This document shows, in pieces, positions 14,770 through 28,112 of a stretch of 64,000 nucleotides of DNA; position 1 is the first letter of the stretch; the number at the start of each line of letters is the position of its first letter. Source of the stretch: Lama guanicoe (lineage: Eukaryota); NCBI GenBank assembly GCA_013239625.1, contig MU054187.1, forward strand, positions 11,429,231 to 11,493,230, read 5' to 3'. The notes beneath the pieces were generated by a model. That model made no database searches. It saw only the letters and a program-made list of their open reading frames with translations, and had not been told where the DNA came from. A program made the position numbers and the translations under genes.

Positions 14770-14895
14770 AAGAACTCTTTGAAGTTGTTGTTCCCATTAT
14801 AGAGATGAGGAAACAGAGGCTGAGAAGCAAACAAGTGGCTCCAGATCACACAGTAGCCCAGTAAGGAGGCTGGGGTGAGAATGCAGGTCTGATTC
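14770..14895 (-). mobile_element. MIR SINE
   Basis: cccattatagagatgaggaaacagaggctgaga core. Confidence 0.6.
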
Positions 14896-16984
14896 TGAAA
14901 CATTCTAGAACAATCGGATATGCGGTTTTCCACAGTTTCCTGAACAGTTACCTGCTTCTTTGTGCCTCGTGTTCCAGCTGACAGCTCCGAGCCCTGTTTG
15001 AATCATTGTAGGTCAATTCTGTGTTAGGGAAGCAAGCTCTAATTACCGCTGGGGGACAGAAGGCTGCATCTTCCAGGAATTGGGCAGAGCCCAGCAGGAG
15101 GCAGCTACAGGTCTTCAGCAAAAGATCACTTCTCAACAAGGTTGTCAATCCCAGCGACCCCCGACCTTCCACCTGCAGGTCCCTGAACAGCTGCTGTTCT
15201 GGGGGCCGCAGTGGCAGCCTGTCTTCCTTTAAAAGGCAAGTGCTCCCCCCCTCCTCACCCCCTGCTGAGATCCCACCTGGGGTTTCATCCCCAGAGCTGG
15301 GAGGTCATCTCCCACATCTAGAAATTAAGAAAAAGAAAAAGGGGTGTGGGGAAAGGACAGCTTTGACAACAGACCCGAGCTCTCCCTTTTAATATAAGCC
15401 AGATTTAACAGATGTCATTCTGTAAAGCCGGGAGTCCAATTTGAGGCTCGTAACTCGCAGCATCCTTCCAAACTCTTCCTCGAAGCGAGGGGCAGCCCCG
15501 CCGAGCACTTCAAGGTAACTGGTGAAAGGGATGATTTGCCCACTGTAAGCCTGTGTCTTGATTCCCCGTTGTCATTTTTATTTGTGTTGAGATTTTTGTG
15601 GTTTAAAAAAGTCAACTAGATTTATTTTAAAATTAAGGCGAACCAACATCAAAGGCAGTAAGAAGAGGCTGGTGAGGTACCTTTTAATAGCCGTGTTCTT
15701 TCTCAGGGCACGTATCAGTAAGTGGCGGGGGACCTTTCGTGACCAACTGGCTATATTTCTCCAACCTCAGACTCCCCCCACGGGTGAAAATCCGTTTCTG
15801 CTGGGATTTAGAAGCCCCCCTTCTCCACCTCCTCCTCAGCCTCTTAATCTAATCCTGTTTGTAACACGGCATGCTGTGTGAAGAATGAGAAACACAGGCT
15901 TAAATCCTTTGCTGCCACCCAAGCTGCTGAGATACAAGCGTCTGATCTGGACCGTGGTTCACTTTTAGATACAAAGAAAGCTTTCAGGCCAAAAATGAGA
16001 CCATTTGGTTCAGGAGTCGTTTACTTGGTAAGCAGAAGGAAGTTAATGTTGAAAGTTTCTCTGAAGAAGAATGGCAGGTGATACCTGAAAGTTTGTTAGT
16101 TAGTTAATGCCACAGGATTTTTTTCAAGCCAGATCCTTATATAGAATATATTTGTTTATTGGCTCATGTAGCAACACAGGTGCCTCCCCTGTTCTGGGCA
16201 CTTTAAAGTGACAGATAAGGAAGGCAGGCAGGCAGGCAGGAAGGAAGGAGATATGGATATATAGAGATAGATTTGTTGTTTCTCAAGACAGCTTTTTATG
16301 AGAGATTCTTCTTACCCCACTTATAGGTGAGCAAATTGGACTACGCATGCTTTTCCCACTCTACAAATCTCTCTCTTTAAAGGGGACTTGCACTTCTGAG
16401 CATATCTTGTACACTTTCAGGGACAGTGTCTCCTGTGCTCGGTGCTACACCGGCATCGGTGCTGTGGTACTTCTGCTAATTAATCAGCATCCAAACAGAT
16501 CATCAGGGTAACTCTTGGCACCCAGATGGCCAATGCGAAGCAGCATTTTCCCACTGTCAGAAGGGAAGTTCTGCACATCCACTGGCAGAAGAAAATGGTG
16601 GTAACAGGTGGCATTTATACAGCCCTGTGTTTATGGGAACACCCCTGTGTACAGTCATGCATCTCAAAGACCCCAGGTTTCCCCCGTGGGAAATTCACCC
16701 CACAGTGGGTCCAGAGGAACACATGGTCGCGGCTCCTGAACTCACCAGGCTCACAGCGACTGATGGTTTCTCTAGTTTCTTGCCACGGGGTCGCCCTCAG
16801 TCGTCCTTATCCACAGTCTCTCACTGATAGAATCCTCCCCAGAACAGGCAGAGACTGGCAACCAAATTTCTCAGTCAACAATGGCTGATGCTTGTTCCGT
16901 GAGACAGGCTGTTTGCCATGTTGTGGTTCCTAGGAAGAGCAGTCTCAGGTGCAGGAACCCCTCGTTTTACTGCCCTTTCATTGT

Positions 16985-17200
16985 GTTAAAGCAGGTGGAC
17001 TTGGAACCAAGTCCTGGTTCTACCACCTGCTAACTTTGTTAATCTGAGCAAGTTATTTAACTTCACTAAGCCTCAGTTTTCTCAGCTGTAAAATGGGAAT
17101 GATAAACCGATTTCCCAGAAGAACTGAGAGAAGTAAATGAGTAGATATGTGGAAAACACTTAGCATGACACAAAACGATACCTGACATATGGTGACTACT
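16985..17200 (+). mobile_element. MIR SINE
   Basis: gcaagttatttaacttcactaagcctcagttttctcagctgtaaaatggga core. Confidence 0.75.
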
Positions 17201-18166
17201 TGCTCAGTTTTTTAATACTAAACAACTTTCATATGCTTACTGGCTAAGAAAGTGGTTCAGGTACATTACAGTCTGGTGGAGAGGTCAAATGAAAAACAAG
17301 CAGTGTCAGAGTGAGAACTGTTCTGGCATAGGTCTGTCCTTTGGGAGTATGATCTGGCAGCATCTAATGGTCAAGGGAGTTGGGTAAGACTTCAAAGAGA
17401 AGGTGACACATTTTGGGGGGTCCCCAAAGGAGAGTGTGGACACCACCTGGATCTCTGCAGTAGAATATGGGCTGGAGCCACCTGTCCTACAATAGCACTC
17501 ACTTCCCTAGAGTTAACAGAAATGATGGCCTGCACTTATATTGATCTGTCTGTAATAAATAGCTTTATTGGTAAGCATGTGTCTTGCAGAAGTAGACTTG
17601 GCTATAATTCCAGCAAATCCAGTTTTATTACTGGTATTTATGTGCAAAGTTAGGGATGCGAAAAATTCATAGAAGCTAGGTACATAAGTAATCAATAAAA
17701 TACCCTAGTAAACTCAAGAGGAAAAAATGTGTTGAAATTCTGATTCGTCGTTATTCCACATAATATATTTGTGATTATATTTAATAGCCTAATTAGCGAT
17801 AAAATTTTATGAGAGAACATCACTGTGGGAACATTCCCTTCTACATTACTGAGTTTTATCTGTACATCTGTAACATTACCACAATCAGCTTGATGTGTTT
17901 TTACACATTTTACTCAGTGAACCTAAATGAATTTGCACTAATTAGATTTTTAGCTGCCAGTCTTGGTTTCCTAAGTTTGAATCCATATACCTTCAGAGGA
18001 CTTGTGCTGTTTGAGGTGGTGACAACTTCAGATCTCTTCATAAACACAGAGAGATGTGTGGGAGAAAAAAATACTTTAGCAATGTCTGCATTATCTTTCC
18101 TAAATGGTTATTTCACAGGCTTTAACTCGAGCTATTTCTCTAAATGACTAAAAAAATATATAGTAA

Positions 18167-18349
<183 letters not shown>

Positions 18350-19295
18350 TGAACTTGCCTCAGTGATAGGTTTTGGTTCAGCTCGCCTTTTATAGACCCA
18401 TCCTGGCCAATCCTACTTCCTGTTGTTGTTGTTTTCTTCATTTTAAGAGAGAGAGAATGTGTGTGTGTTCAGTGAATTTATCATCCATCCCTTATCTTGT
18501 CCATTACCTTTCCTATTACCTCTCCAGGCTTGATTCTTGTGGAGCCAATAGCAAGGAGGAAATAAAAATCAAGACATCATTAATTAAAGGCCATAGCCAC
18601 AAATACCATCAGGAGTTAAACAAATAATGTAAATAACTAAAGTAGATCCAGTATAAGGCAATAGGGAATGGTGGGGATTGCGGTGAACTTGAAACTAAGT
18701 GCCCCCATCTAAAGCAGGGAGTAACTTCTAAGCTTCAGCTGATTTTTGTCATGTAGAAATGAAGATCCAGTATCAAGTCTTCTGACTTTTAAAAGAAGCC
18801 AGAAATACAAAAATTTTATTTGAAATTTCCTGAATTTTAAAACATAACATAAACCAAACAAGACATGCTTAAAACCTGTCTAGCTGGATCCAGCTCAGAA
18901 GTAGACTTTTTAAACCCTTGATAACTAGTTCTGAGTGATGATAGTAAAATTTGTTTTAACATTGCATTTTTCAAAGTAAAACCTTCAAGTTTGGTGGTGC
19001 AGGTTGTTTTGCATTTTGTTTGTTTTTTTTTTCCAAATGGGCAAATAAAACCTTTAAGTAGAATGTGCAGATTCAAAAAAGTTACATATTATATAAAGTC
19101 AACTATTCTTGGACTTTGTCCCTCCAGAATTGTAAGCAACTAGTATATGGCTAATGGACATGTTTGTCAGCCTTATAAAAGCAACTCTTGCCTTGGAAGA
19201 ATAATGGGAAAAAGATTTGGGGGAAGTCATGGCAACACTTCTGTCATCCTGCGTCATCACAATTGCTTCTGACCGGTCTCTGTGCTGTGTTCCAG

Positions 19296-19471
19296 CTGTA
19301 TAACATGCTTGTGGACACCGGGGAGCTGGAGAACACTTACATCATCTACACCGCCGACCACGGCTACCACATCGGGCAGTTTGGACTGGTCAAGGGAAAA
19401 TCCATGCCATATGACTTTGATATCCGTGTGCCTTTCTTTATTCGTGGTCCAAGCGTAGAACCAGGATCAAT
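19296..19471 (+). CDS. SULF1: SULF1 coding exon 4 (176 bp): [58 protein letters not shown]
   Basis: Contains the sulfatase metal-binding TADHG motif. Acceptor ttccag, donor gtacgt. Confidence 0.97.
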
Positions 19472-20750
19472 GTACGTAGTTCTCTCTGTTTGCAACACTC
19501 ATCTGTCGTCTGAGCTCATGTCCGTCTGAGATAATTCGATTACCAGTCTCAGTGTCTGGTTTCCTTTCATCCAGAACCAAAAAGGGTGCATGTAGGTTGG
19601 TAATTTAGAAGATGAAACCCTCCTCCCGGCTCTACCCCTCCCCTCACCCCACCCCCACTGCATATTAAATTAACTCAAGTCTACTATTTAAAGAGAAACG
19701 AAAAATAACTGTATCAGTGATTACTTCTCTCAGACTGACCAGAATTCATGTCACGTGGGGTTGTGCACACAGACACAGAATGTGACCTTTAGGAAAGTCA
19801 TCTTTACCTTTGAATTTTTTTTTGAAATCAACTTATGCCATCCTCTTTGGTTTACTACTATTATTATTATTATTATTATTCAAGAAATTTTTAAGAAAAT
19901 TAAATTTTAAGAAATGCATCTAAATTTTAAGAAACCTAAAGGACAAGAGTTGTATTTCTGTCACCTTCAGCAAGTCAGTACATCCCTTTGTAGCTTGATT
20001 GTCCCATTATAAAATGGGTTTCATATGCCCTACCAACCGCAGCAGGATGCTTTGCGTAAGATGAGATCATGTACATGAAACAGTTATGGAAAGGGTAAAA
20101 GGAAAGAGAGCAAACAAAATGCAAAAGCTGGAGTGGCCCTTCAAGAGAGTCTAGCCTGGACCCCTGGTTTATCAAAGAAACAGTGTACATTCTTCTCTCT
20201 CAGAGTCCCCGAGCCTGGACGTAGCAGTGTCGGGGACCAGATCCCAGATATTCTGCGTTGCATCCTTGCGCCTCATCCACTGCAGCATTCCGCTGCATCT
20301 TGGGGAGAAGGTGATGCAGCAGGACAGGCTTCTTTGGGGGAATGTTTATTATGTCTCTCCAGCTCCTTAGAAACACCCTGGAAATGGTCAGATCCAAGTT
20401 AGAAGGCTTTATGTCTGAAAGACTAGGTAGCATGGAGTGGATTCAAATATAAAAAGCCTTGTGTCCCTTTTCAGAGGTTAATTTCAAAGCCTTAGGTCAG
20501 CAGAGGAGTGGTGGATAGTTGGGTTTCAGAAGAAAGCTTGCATCCTACGAAAACCGAACATCAGGCCACAATTTGTCTGACAGTGTGGCCAGAGGTCAGG
20601 GGTACAGGAATCTCTCCAGCCCAACGTCTGTGAGAGTCGGTTAATCTTGCTCTGTACCATGGCTGCTGGCCACTCAGGCACCCTCCCAGATGCGGCCACC
20701 CGTCCCTAGGTAGACCAGATGAGAGGCAGAGCAGCAGTGAAGGCCACTGA

Positions 20751-21276
<526 letters not shown>

Positions 21277-22111
21277 TAATTATTGGCTCCTGGGGTGCTT
21301 CTGGGAACCAGTCTTAGCGGGCAGCTCTCCCTGCTGGGAATGTTCTTCCCCTTATTTTGGTTTATGAAGAGTGCGGATTTCGCAAACCTAGTCGTAAGAC
21401 CGAGTGGCTTGCTGCTTGCTCATCCTTCGCTGGCCAGCAGAGCAATAATTGTTGCATCAGGGTTGTAAAGGAAATTAAAGATCAAAGCTTGTACGTGGCT
21501 GTGGACTTCCCGTTGCATTTCTCAGCCTTAGTTCCTAATTGGATCAGTCGATTGACTTTCTCAACCATCCTTCCCAAGTTCTGCCTAACACTTTTCTACG
21601 TCTTTCCCCTAGGTGCCTTTCCTTATTTTCCATATTTTGAATATACAAATATATGAGACTGTAATTGTTCCCAAGGTCACTTCTAGGTTTCCTCTTTTGA
21701 ATTTGGGGTGGGAGGGGGCTTTTGATTTATAATGCCCGTTGTCTTTGTTTTTCTCTATCCATACACTGAGCAAGAGAAAAGCATTTCTTTTCTATCATTG
21801 CTTTTTAACAAAAAAGAACTTTGAGCCTGTTGAGATAAACATTTATGCCCAAAGTTCTGAAATTAATGCTTCTGGGGGGAAATGATTCTTCCTCTCCTGT
21901 CCTCTCGTCTTCATAGTACCCAGCTTATAATTTTCACAAGGGACTCATGAGATGCTGGACTCCTGTGGGCGGGGCCTGAGCATCTGTCTGTCTCTTACTA
22001 TTTGGAGAATATGGAGTCACGCGACAGGGAAAGAACAAAAGAACAAGCAGGTCGAAGCGGAGGTAACTTCGAATCACTTCTCACTAAGAAGTCTTTCCCT
22101 TTCTGCCGAAG

Positions 22112-22241
22112 GAAATTTCTGCGGAAGAAGGAAGAATCCAACAAGAATATTCAACGGTCCAATCACTTGCCCAAATATGAGAGGGTCAAAGAGCTGTGCC
22201 AGCAGGCCAGGTACCAGACAGCCTGTGAGCAGCCCGGGCAG
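22112..22241 (+). CDS. SULF1: SULF1 coding exon 7 (130 bp): [43 protein letters not shown] (start of hydrophilic domain)
   Basis: The acceptor ccgaag (AAG) is the one that preserves frame; donor gtgagt. Confidence 0.93.
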
Positions 22242-25200
22242 GTGAGTGACACAGCCTCTCTGCATGGCCACTCATGTGCTTTTCTGTTTCTATTTAAAAG
22301 ATTTTCACCGGGGAGAATCAGGTGCATGCGTATGTCAATAAGTCTTCGGTAGCAGTCAGCAAGGGCTCACAGTGACTGTTCCCCGGACTGAGCTGTGTCT
22401 TCTTGGTCCAAGCGGGGCCTCATGAGTCAATGCTAAGCCTCTGGGCAGTGAACCACCCCAAGAGAGGTCTTCCCACGCTGGACGGGAGTCAGATGTCATC
22501 TCACCCAGAGGGGAGGACAGAATCTGTGGCCAAGGTCGGGGAAGGAAAAGGGAGACCAGATTCTGTTTTGTCAGTTGCTTCTACCGAGCTTGCAAAGTTT
22601 CTGACATCCAATATTTCATTAGAATGAATCCTCTTCATGAATAGACATATTACTAGAGAATTCAGGGCTACCCAGAATACCAGCTGTTACCAAGAAGAGC
22701 TAAAGTATTACCATGTGATGAGTTAACATAGACCTGTTTTTAAGGAAAGTGGGAACATAGGAACACAAACTATTTGGAGCACCCTCGACTGAAATCCACA
22801 CTAGCTTGGAGAGATAGACTGTGTCCTGATGAGAGGGACTGAATTTCTGCCTGAACCATTGCAGCTTAGAACAAAATTGGAGGAACAAGAAAAATAACAT
22901 TTATTGAGCACTTGTCTTAAGTAAGGCACTGTACTTACTACATCTTAGCTCAATTAAATCCTCACACCCGTCGAGTGAGGGAGGCAGAGTCATCCCCATT
23001 TTGCAAACAGACAGGGCCGGGAACCACAGGTTGTCTGCCTCAAAAACTCAGGCCACTTGCTGCCTTCCAAGGTAAAGTTCATTAGCTGGGTAGAGAGAAG
23101 TTCAAGTCTTCTGTGAGTCTTTTTTTTTTTTTTAACATACCTGACCTTTAGGTAGCCACACAGTGAGCCAACACCAGTCCAAGATACCCGACAGCCCAGT
23201 TGTTATTAAAAAGGCCTCACTCTTGTGCTCTTCTGAGACGGCCTCTAGCTTATCGAAGAGACATTTGTAATAAACAACTTGGCCCTTGTACTCTCTGTTA
23301 GGTCCCCCTGCCTGTTGGTATACAGGAATCCCTTTGAGATGGAAAAAGGTGAGGAGGGAGGGCTAATGAAGGAAGGAATAAAACCAGGCCTGCCTGGCAC
23401 TCTAGCAAATTTTAATTTTCAAGTGTTTAGCGGAGAAGCTTAAATCTATTTGTTACATTTTAATTGAAAGTCTTCCAGTCCGTCTTACCGAAGCTCTAAG
23501 TATTATTATGACTAAAACCTCAGCATTGTTTTGTAGCTCTGAAGTGACTTTTATGAGCCAGCCTCAGTAGACTAATTGCACTTCTGTTCAGGAGTTGGAA
23601 ATGTTCACTGTTAAATATATCTCATGCAAATTGGTGATCTTGTTACTATTTTGGCCTTCTGAGTGGCAGGACTTATAATCCTTTGAGAATAAGGTACCTG
23701 ACCTACCTTTCAGTATACAGTTTTGCAAACCTCTCCATATGGCTTGTGCTGAAATTTTAACGTAAGTCCTCAAGGGCAGATGCAGCATGAACTACATGAT
23801 GGCATTTGGCACATGCTCTTCACTCATGAGCTGCATGCCAATGATGTTCAAAACTTCACTCTGCTTTTTTATGGTTTTCAAAACTTATTTTGCCCCCCAT
23901 GAAATGCTTTAATATCTGGCTCCCTGGAATTTTCCTCTGCTGCTTTATGTCTATGCTAATCAGCCTGAATTTGGATTCTATCACATAAATACATGAGAAT
24001 GTTAGCAGTAGTCTCTTTGAGAAGTGCCCGAATTTATGGAGCAAAGAATTAGACTCTGCCTCCATGGTGGTTTCTTTCTATGGGTGGTGCTCAAAGCATG
24101 CCTTTAGAATTTGAGAACTTTGAGAAAATTTTGAGCCTCTTCCAGGCGGTCATCACGTCTGTAGGTGCAACCTGACCTAGCTTAGTTGTATTCTCTAGAA
24201 TCTTTATATTTTGGTCTTTTGCTCTTTATCTCTGGCTCTGCTTTGAAGATAACTTTTTTAGCTACAATATCACTGGCTTTTAGAAGGGAAGAATAAAGTC
24301 CAGAATAATGAGATGGTTCAGGATCAAGGCGATAGCTAAGGCTGGGACTAACTTGCTTGGCTGGTCTTCTGGGAATGTGGGTCACACCTAGCCTGGCCCC
24401 TGCATCGCTTCCTCGAGCCACCTTCATTCAGAAGCAGCCCAGTCTTCTCTTTGGTTGGACCCTGCACAGGGTGTAGAGGAGGAATCAGCACCATTAGCCC
24501 CATTCTCTTTACTCTTAGTCCCCAGAGAGACAGCACGTGGCCCCCTCCCACCAACCCCCCATGCCTGGTCACCGCAAGATTGTTTGAGTCAATGTGGATG
24601 CAAGAAGTGGAGTCAATAGACGCAAGATGAATTTGAACTTAAAAGGTTCGGGTTAGAATATTGGCATCCACTACTTTTCGGTTGCATCTTCTTGGACAAG
24701 ACAATTTCTCCTGGGTCTCAGGTTTTCTATCTTGAAAATGAAGAAAATTGAGTCTCCGTCTTGGGAGGATGAAGTGATGCCATGTGTGACGTGCCAGAGG
24801 CGCTGTGAGGGAGTGAGCAAGGGTTGGGTGTTTGATGTTATGGTGGTTCCAGACCATCCTACCTGCTCTTTTCATTCCCGTGAAGCCAACAGGGAATTAA
24901 AATGGGCTGGAATCCCAGACGTTTGGCATCCCTTCACCATGTGAACAGAACAACCAGCAGGGACTAATTAAGACAGCATGGACATATGTGTTTGCATTAC
25001 TTCCACGTTCGTGAATTCGCACGAGGCTGAGTGTGAATTCCCACCACCCTCTCAGCTGGCGTTACACCCCCAAGCATATTTATGTGAAGACACACACACA
25101 CTCCCACACCCACACCTACACACACTCATGTACAAACTCAACTTCTGTCTGAAGACTTTGGTTCAACGGAGAACATCAGTCAGTGACAGTCAGTCAACTC

Positions 25201-25589
25201 TATCTGCACATTGGAAGCACCTGGGGAGCTTTTGAAACCACCCATGGGCAGCCTCACTCTAGACCAGTCACGTGAAAATGTCCGGCGGTGAGGCCGAGGC
25301 ATCTGTACTTCTTAGCTGGGTGAGGAACCTCAGGCCTGGAATCAGAGGAGGGCAAAACTGGAAGGAGACTTAGAAATCTCGTGGTTGAATGATACCCTTT
25401 TCTAATAAGGACATTTAGGTCCAGAAAGCTTAAGCTACAAACGCAGCATCAGAACCTGCACGTGGGGGCTTCGTGTGCAGTCGTTTCTTCCCCGGAACAC
25501 GCTGCCTCTGCGAAAATATAAGATGGTAGATTTCCTCTTTAAAATTGTAAATAGCACTGGCCTCCCGGGAGCCCTCACAGCATCTAGCC

Positions 25590-25775
25590 CTCACCATGAC
25601 CACATATTGGAATCTCTTAGGCAGCTTTGGAAATGTGATGTTCAAATTCCAACCCAGACACATTAAGTCAGAACATCCGGGGATGGGGTTCAGGCAGCAG
25701 TGTTTTGGTTTTGTTTTTGTTTTTTCCAAACTCCTGGTTGGTTCCTGTGAGCAGCCAAGATCGAGAACCGTTCGT
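25590..25775. mobile_element. MER5-like hAT-Charlie element
   Basis: acatattggaatc...ggggatggggttcaggcag...gcagccaagatcgagaacc; related fragments near 25170-25340 and 32187-32275. Confidence 0.5.
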
Positions 25776-26789
25776 GTTGGGTGAGAATTACTGGGGGGAG
25801 TTCCTCTGTGAGATATAGATAGTGATTCCTTAAATAAGAGCTACGGAAAAGAGGAATCCCCTGGGCATTCAATTTGGAAGTACATTTTCTATATTCTCTG
25901 TCCTTTAAGAGGAAAAAGCAGCTTTTTTTCTTTTTACAGAGCAAATATGTCCTTGTGTAGAGTCACTGAATTCCAGCATCTTTGTAATTTAGTTTGCTTT
26001 TCTCCTGTGGTATCAATATAAAGTCAGAGGTCTATTAAAATTCTAAAAGGACCCCAGCATCAAGCAAAGGAAATGAGAATGTGGCTTGTTGAGTGCACAC
26101 TGGTTTACTCCAGGATTGATGTTGTCATCCAGAAATTATCCCTCTGACCATAGATCCTTCTGACCCTCTGTGACCAGCTGCAGGACAGGAATAAAAAGAC
26201 ATTTACTGGTAAGATCTGGCTAGAATTTTTAGTGTGCCAGAAATGGGCTGCCTGTTTCCAGAAACTCACTGAGCCCTGGTTAAGATCACAGCATGGCTCA
26301 TAGCCATCTTCCCCCTGGCTCTCATGGTTCCAGAAAGCCTGACCCAGGGACCCAGTGTGGAAGGCTCAGCCTCTAAACTTGGCCTCCTCCTCTCTGTATC
26401 CTGCACAGAGGAATGAGTCTGAACAGTTGTGCATCTACATAGATGTCTGGCTCCTTTGCATTTTCCAAAATACAAATCACAGGGTTAAGCATCAAGCCGT
26501 ATTTAATCATGTTCCAGACAAGTCAGCAACGGACAAACGTAAGGACAGACACTTTGTTCATCAACTACATCACATGGCCCCACCTGATTTAGTTTATATT
26601 CTCTCATTTCCCACAACGCCCGCCCTGGTCAGGCTCCCCTCCTCCCGTCTCCTAAGCATAACATTCTCATCGGCATGTAAGCTGTTGCCTCTGCCTCCCC
26701 AGGTGCCATCCCCTCCACTGAGGCCCACGTGAAGCCTTGCGCTCTGTCCCAAACCACTCTCCTTTTGTATCCAGGTCCTCATTAATTGG

Positions 26790-26990
26790 CATCCTGGGTC
26801 CACTGCTTACATGGTATGTGACCAGGGGCAAGTTACTTAACCTAACTCTGTCTCAGTTTCTTCACCTGTAAAATGGGCACAATAGTCGTACCTGCCTCTG
26901 AGGTTGCTGTAAAGATTGTAGGAGTTAAATGCCTTAAGCATGTGGAGCAGTACCAGGCACATAGCAAGCACTCAACAAATGCTAGCTGTT
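26790..26990 (+). mobile_element. MIR SINE
   Basis: gtgaccaggggcaagttacttaacctaactctgtctcagtttcttcacctgtaaaatggg. Confidence 0.8.
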
Positions 26991-27334
26991 GATGGCTGGC
27001 CAAGGTCGGTTCACCAGTTTATCATCAGCCGTGACCTGCAAGACCCTTACCTCTTCCAGCATTCCAGCGCTGACTGTTACAAATGGTCATTCAGATGCAA
27101 ATCTAAAGGAGGTTTTCATTTGCTCTCTCTTCTCCTTCTTTCTCTCCCCTCTGCCCCCCCATCCCACCTCACCTCATCGCAAAGGAAGCAGGAGATGTTT
27201 CCTCAGCACAAGTAACTCTGTTTCCTATTTCACGTTTGTGTGAAAAATTGACAATTGCTTGAGCTAAGTAGCAATGTGAACAAGGATATTTATGTGGCCT
27301 TTTTATACTCCCCAGTGTTGAGATGAAAATTTGT

Positions 27335-27645
27335 CTTTTCAGTTGAACTATAATTGACATATAACATTATATGCGTTTCAGGCATACAACATAATGATTC
27401 GCTATTGGTGCATATTGTGAAATGATCACCACGCTGTTACTGTGCATCACCACACAGTTAAAATCTCTTCCCTTGTGATGAGAACTTGTCAGATTTACTC
27501 TTTTAGCAACTTTCAAATATGCAATAGAGTGTCATTAACTATAGTCACCATACTATGCGTTACATCCCCATGACTTATTTATTTTTCAACTGGAAATTTG
27601 TATCTTTTGCCCACCTTCACCCATTTTGTCCACCCCCACCCCAGA
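27335..27645 (-). mobile_element. Older L1 (L1MA-like) 3' end fragment
   Basis: tataattgacatataacatt...ctcttttagcaactttcaaatat...taactatagtcacca. Confidence 0.7.
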
Positions 27646-27826
27646 TGAAAATTCTAAACACATACCCATATTCAGGTAACTACTTTCCATGATGATGGCA
27701 CTAACCTAAAGTATAATCAGGTTATCAGAAAATTTCTGTGTGGTGGTTATATTTCAGAGAACATGATTTGACCTGCATTAGGGCCAAATCCATGTAATGA
27801 GACATATAATAATAGAGAACTCATTA

Positions 27827-27855
27827 TGTGTGTGTGTGTGTGTGTATGTGTGTGT
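27827..27855. repeat. (TG)n microsatellite
   Basis: tg run with one interruption. Confidence 0.9.
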
Positions 27856-27957
27856 TTAAAATTAAGCTTTCATTGCAATGTACCTTTGAAACAGTTGTAG
27901 CCAATTTTTTTCTTACTCATGATCATGGGCATAAGTAGGTATAAATAAGAATACAGT

Positions 27958-28112
27958 GGGGAGGGTATAGCTCAGTGGTAGAGCACATGCTTAGCATGCA
28001 CAAGGTCCTGGGTTCGATCCCCAGTACCTCCATTAACAAAAATAAAATTAAAGTAAAATTTAAAAAATAAATTTTAAGAAAGTGTAAAAAAAAAGGAAAA
28101 TTCCATCAGAAA
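27958..28112 (+). mobile_element. tRNA-derived SINE (Vic-1-like), well preserved
   Basis: A box tagctcagtgg and B box ggttcgatcc; A-rich tail; TSD aagaata(c/t)ag at 27947-27956 and 28113-28122. Confidence 0.88.

Noticed and set aside
27958..28032. Possible tRNA gene
   Set aside because: It has an A-rich tail, a TSD and several diverged relatives in the window, so it is a SINE.
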